A DNA stretch of 64,000 nucleotides from an uncultured Pseudomonadales bacterium (GTDB lineage: Bacteria > Patescibacteriota > Microgenomatia > UBA1400 > UBA12108): positions 425-64,424 of the forward strand of contig CAYGFS010000002.1 of assembly GCA_964349305.1 (NCBI GenBank), read 5' to 3'. The number at the start of each line of letters is the position of its first letter. Position 1 is the first letter of the stretch. Shown here one piece after another: positions 62,490 through 64,000 of this stretch. The notes beneath the pieces were generated by a model. That model was given only the letters and a program-made list of their open reading frames with translations, had not been told where the DNA came from and did no database searches. The translations under genes were made by a program, and so were the position numbers.

Positions 62490-64000
62490 ATGGTCAAGCT
62501 AACAACGACAAATATTGTGGGCTCAGCCGATTCGACTGGCTGGTCACAGGCTCAGTCGAGTGCAATGGATGATGGTAGGCAGCTGCTGGTAGTTTTGCAG
62601 TTGAAATGCAGCGACGAAGACTCTTTGGTGGATTTGGCGACAGTAGGACCTGCGATTTTGGAGGAGATTTTGGTGCAAGGTAGGCAAGTGGACAATCTAG
62701 ATAAATTGCAGAGGATGGTCCAAAAGATTAGAGCAGGGATTGCGGAGGGACTGCAGGCGGAGATGATTGTAGGACTATTAAATAACGACAAGTTGCTGGT
62801 ATTTGGTCAGGGAACAGTTGAGGCATATTTGGCGAGAAACGGTAAACTCGCGAGACTGGGAAACGACTTTAGTCTGGGATTGTCAATAGAAGGAGTTCTG
62901 AAGAGCGATGATGTTGTGGTGCTATCTACCACTAAATTTAGAGAAGTGGTGACACTGAATAAATTTAAAGAAATCATTATAACCGATGGGGATCCAGCAG
63001 AAATGCTGGCCCCATTAGTACACACACAAAATGAGACGAGCGGGGTAGCGGCGATCGTGGGGGCGGTGCGCGAGGCGGAGGGGGCGACGGTCGCAAAATG
63101 GCCGAATCTGCAAATAAAGCTGAGGAGTAGTGAACCACGGAAAATTAATTTGTGGATAGGGGGTGCGATACTATTACTCTTGGTTGTGATGATCGGGATT
63201 GGGATGGTAAGGAGAGTAAGGGTGGCGGCGGAGCAAGATTTTGCTGACTTAAATACTAGTGTGAGTGCAAAAACAGAAGAAGCGTTGGTAGTGGGAGAAT
63301 TAAATCCCGACCAGGCGAGAATGTTACTGACAGAGGCGCGGGGCGAAATAGAGGCTTATTTGGTGACTGATGTACGTGATGAGTATAAAGATAGGGCTAG
63401 AAAGTTGGCGGTGGAAGTCGAGCGGGCGGATGAAAAAGCGTTTAAAAAGAACGACATTAAACTGGAGACAATTGTCGAGCTGGGAGTGCTGGCCGATAAC
63501 TTACAAAGCAAAAAAATGAAAGCAGATGGAAAGGGCAATTTAGTATTCTTGGATAGCAGCGACTTTCGGTTGGTGGCTATGAACTTGACCGATAGATCGA
63601 GACAGATTGTTGAAGTTGGTCGTGATAGTGAACTAGTTGATATTGGAGTGAGCGAAACCAAGATCTATGGACTGCATAGCGGTGGCGTGAATGAATATTT
63701 TTGGAAGAACGATGACGAGAAAAAATCGATCGAGGCTGACGAATTTTGGAAAGCACCAATCCTAATTGAGCTATTCGCAGGGAATATCTATATTTTAGAT
63801 AAAGATCAAGGAGAAATCTGGAAGTACCCCACACTGGGAGAGACGTTTGGCGGGCGAAGGCGGTGGTTTGCGGTTTCGATAGCCCCTGACTTAAGCAACG
63901 TAGTGGATATGAAGGTGGTAGGAGATATTTGGCTCCTAACATCGACTGGGAAGCTCGAGCGTTATAGCCGCGGGGCACCGACGACATTCTCGATGGAGGG
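62490..64000 (+). CDS. hypothetical protein, 3'-partial (>503 aa; open to the window end)
   Basis: Manual translation from ATG 62490 (MVKLTTTNIVGSADSTGW...) has no stop through 64000. Central TM (WIGGAILLLLVVMIGIGMV). Not in the ORF track because it is incomplete. Confidence 0.5.
   Translation, partial: MVKLTTTNIVGSADSTGWSQAQSSAMDDGRQLLVVLQLKCSDEDSLVDLATVGPAILEEILVQGRQVDNLDKLQRMVQKIRAGIAEGLQAEMIVGLLNNDKLLVFGQGTVEAYLARNGKLARLGNDFSLGLSIEGVLKSDDVVVLSTTKFREVVTLNKFKEIIITDGDPAEMLAPLVHTQNETSGVAAIVGAVREAEGATVAKWPNLQIKLRSSEPRKINLWIGGAILLLLVVMIGIGMVRRVRVAAEQDFADLNTSVSAKTEEALVVGELNPDQARMLLTEARGEIEAYLVTDVRDEYKDRARKLAVEVERADEKAFKKNDIKLETIVELGVLADNLQSKKMKADGKGNLVFLDSSDFRLVAMNLTDRSRQIVEVGRDSELVDIGVSETKIYGLHSGGVNEYFWKNDDEKKSIEADEFWKAPILIELFAGNIYILDKDQGEIWKYPTLGETFGGRRRWFAVSIAPDLSNVVDMKVVGDIWLLTSTGKLERYSRGAPTTFSME

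Overview
This 64-kb window looks like a reduced-genome, probably monoderm bacterium (Patescibacteria/CPR-like, standard genetic code) and it spans the chromosomal replication origin. The origin arrangement is rpmH-rnpA-yidD-yidC-jag on the minus strand, dnaA-dnaN on the plus strand, and a DnaA-box cluster plus an AT-rich tract between dnaA and dnaN.

The main feature is a ~27-kb type IV secretion (T4SS)-like region lying between two ~123-bp MITE-like direct repeats (34115-34237 and 61403-61526). It contains: (a) a VirB4/TrbE ATPase whose Walker-A motif is interrupted by a 529-aa intein carrying LAGLIDADG homing-endonuclease motifs; (b) a VirB3-like two-TM protein; (c) a CHAP-domain cell-wall hydrolase; (d) a VirB6-like polytopic membrane protein; (e) bitopic proteins that may be VirB8-like; (f) a BrnT/BrnA toxin-antitoxin pair; (g) a 1134-aa hydrophilic orphan protein; (h) a 960-aa secreted Cys-rich protein ending in a pilin domain; and (i) nine small VirB2/TrbC-like pilin paralogs. 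An ECF sigma factor and isoprenoid genes (idi, isopentenyl phosphate kinase, uppS) are embedded between the two pilin blocks, alongside a SpoIID-domain hydrolase.

The left third of the window (0-22 kb) carries housekeeping and accessory genes: a VanW-like protein, valS, an ABC exporter, a Nudix hydrolase, tandem MFS transporters, a RelE/Phd toxin-antitoxin pair, a GNAT cassette flanked by identical perfect palindromes, and five TrmB-like wHTH regulator paralogs plus one paralog that has only the C-terminal domain.

Several short repeat families are dispersed through the window:
- an octamer-based (CAAATTCT)n element;
- a 50-bp hairpin element;
- the GAGGACWGTCCTC palindromes.
These repeatedly sit in-frame inside coding genes (valS, a wzx-like flippase gene, an O-antigen-ligase-like gene, and the ends of rnpA and rnhA), which resembles Rickettsia palindromic elements.

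No rRNA, tRNA or CRISPR array could be supported.
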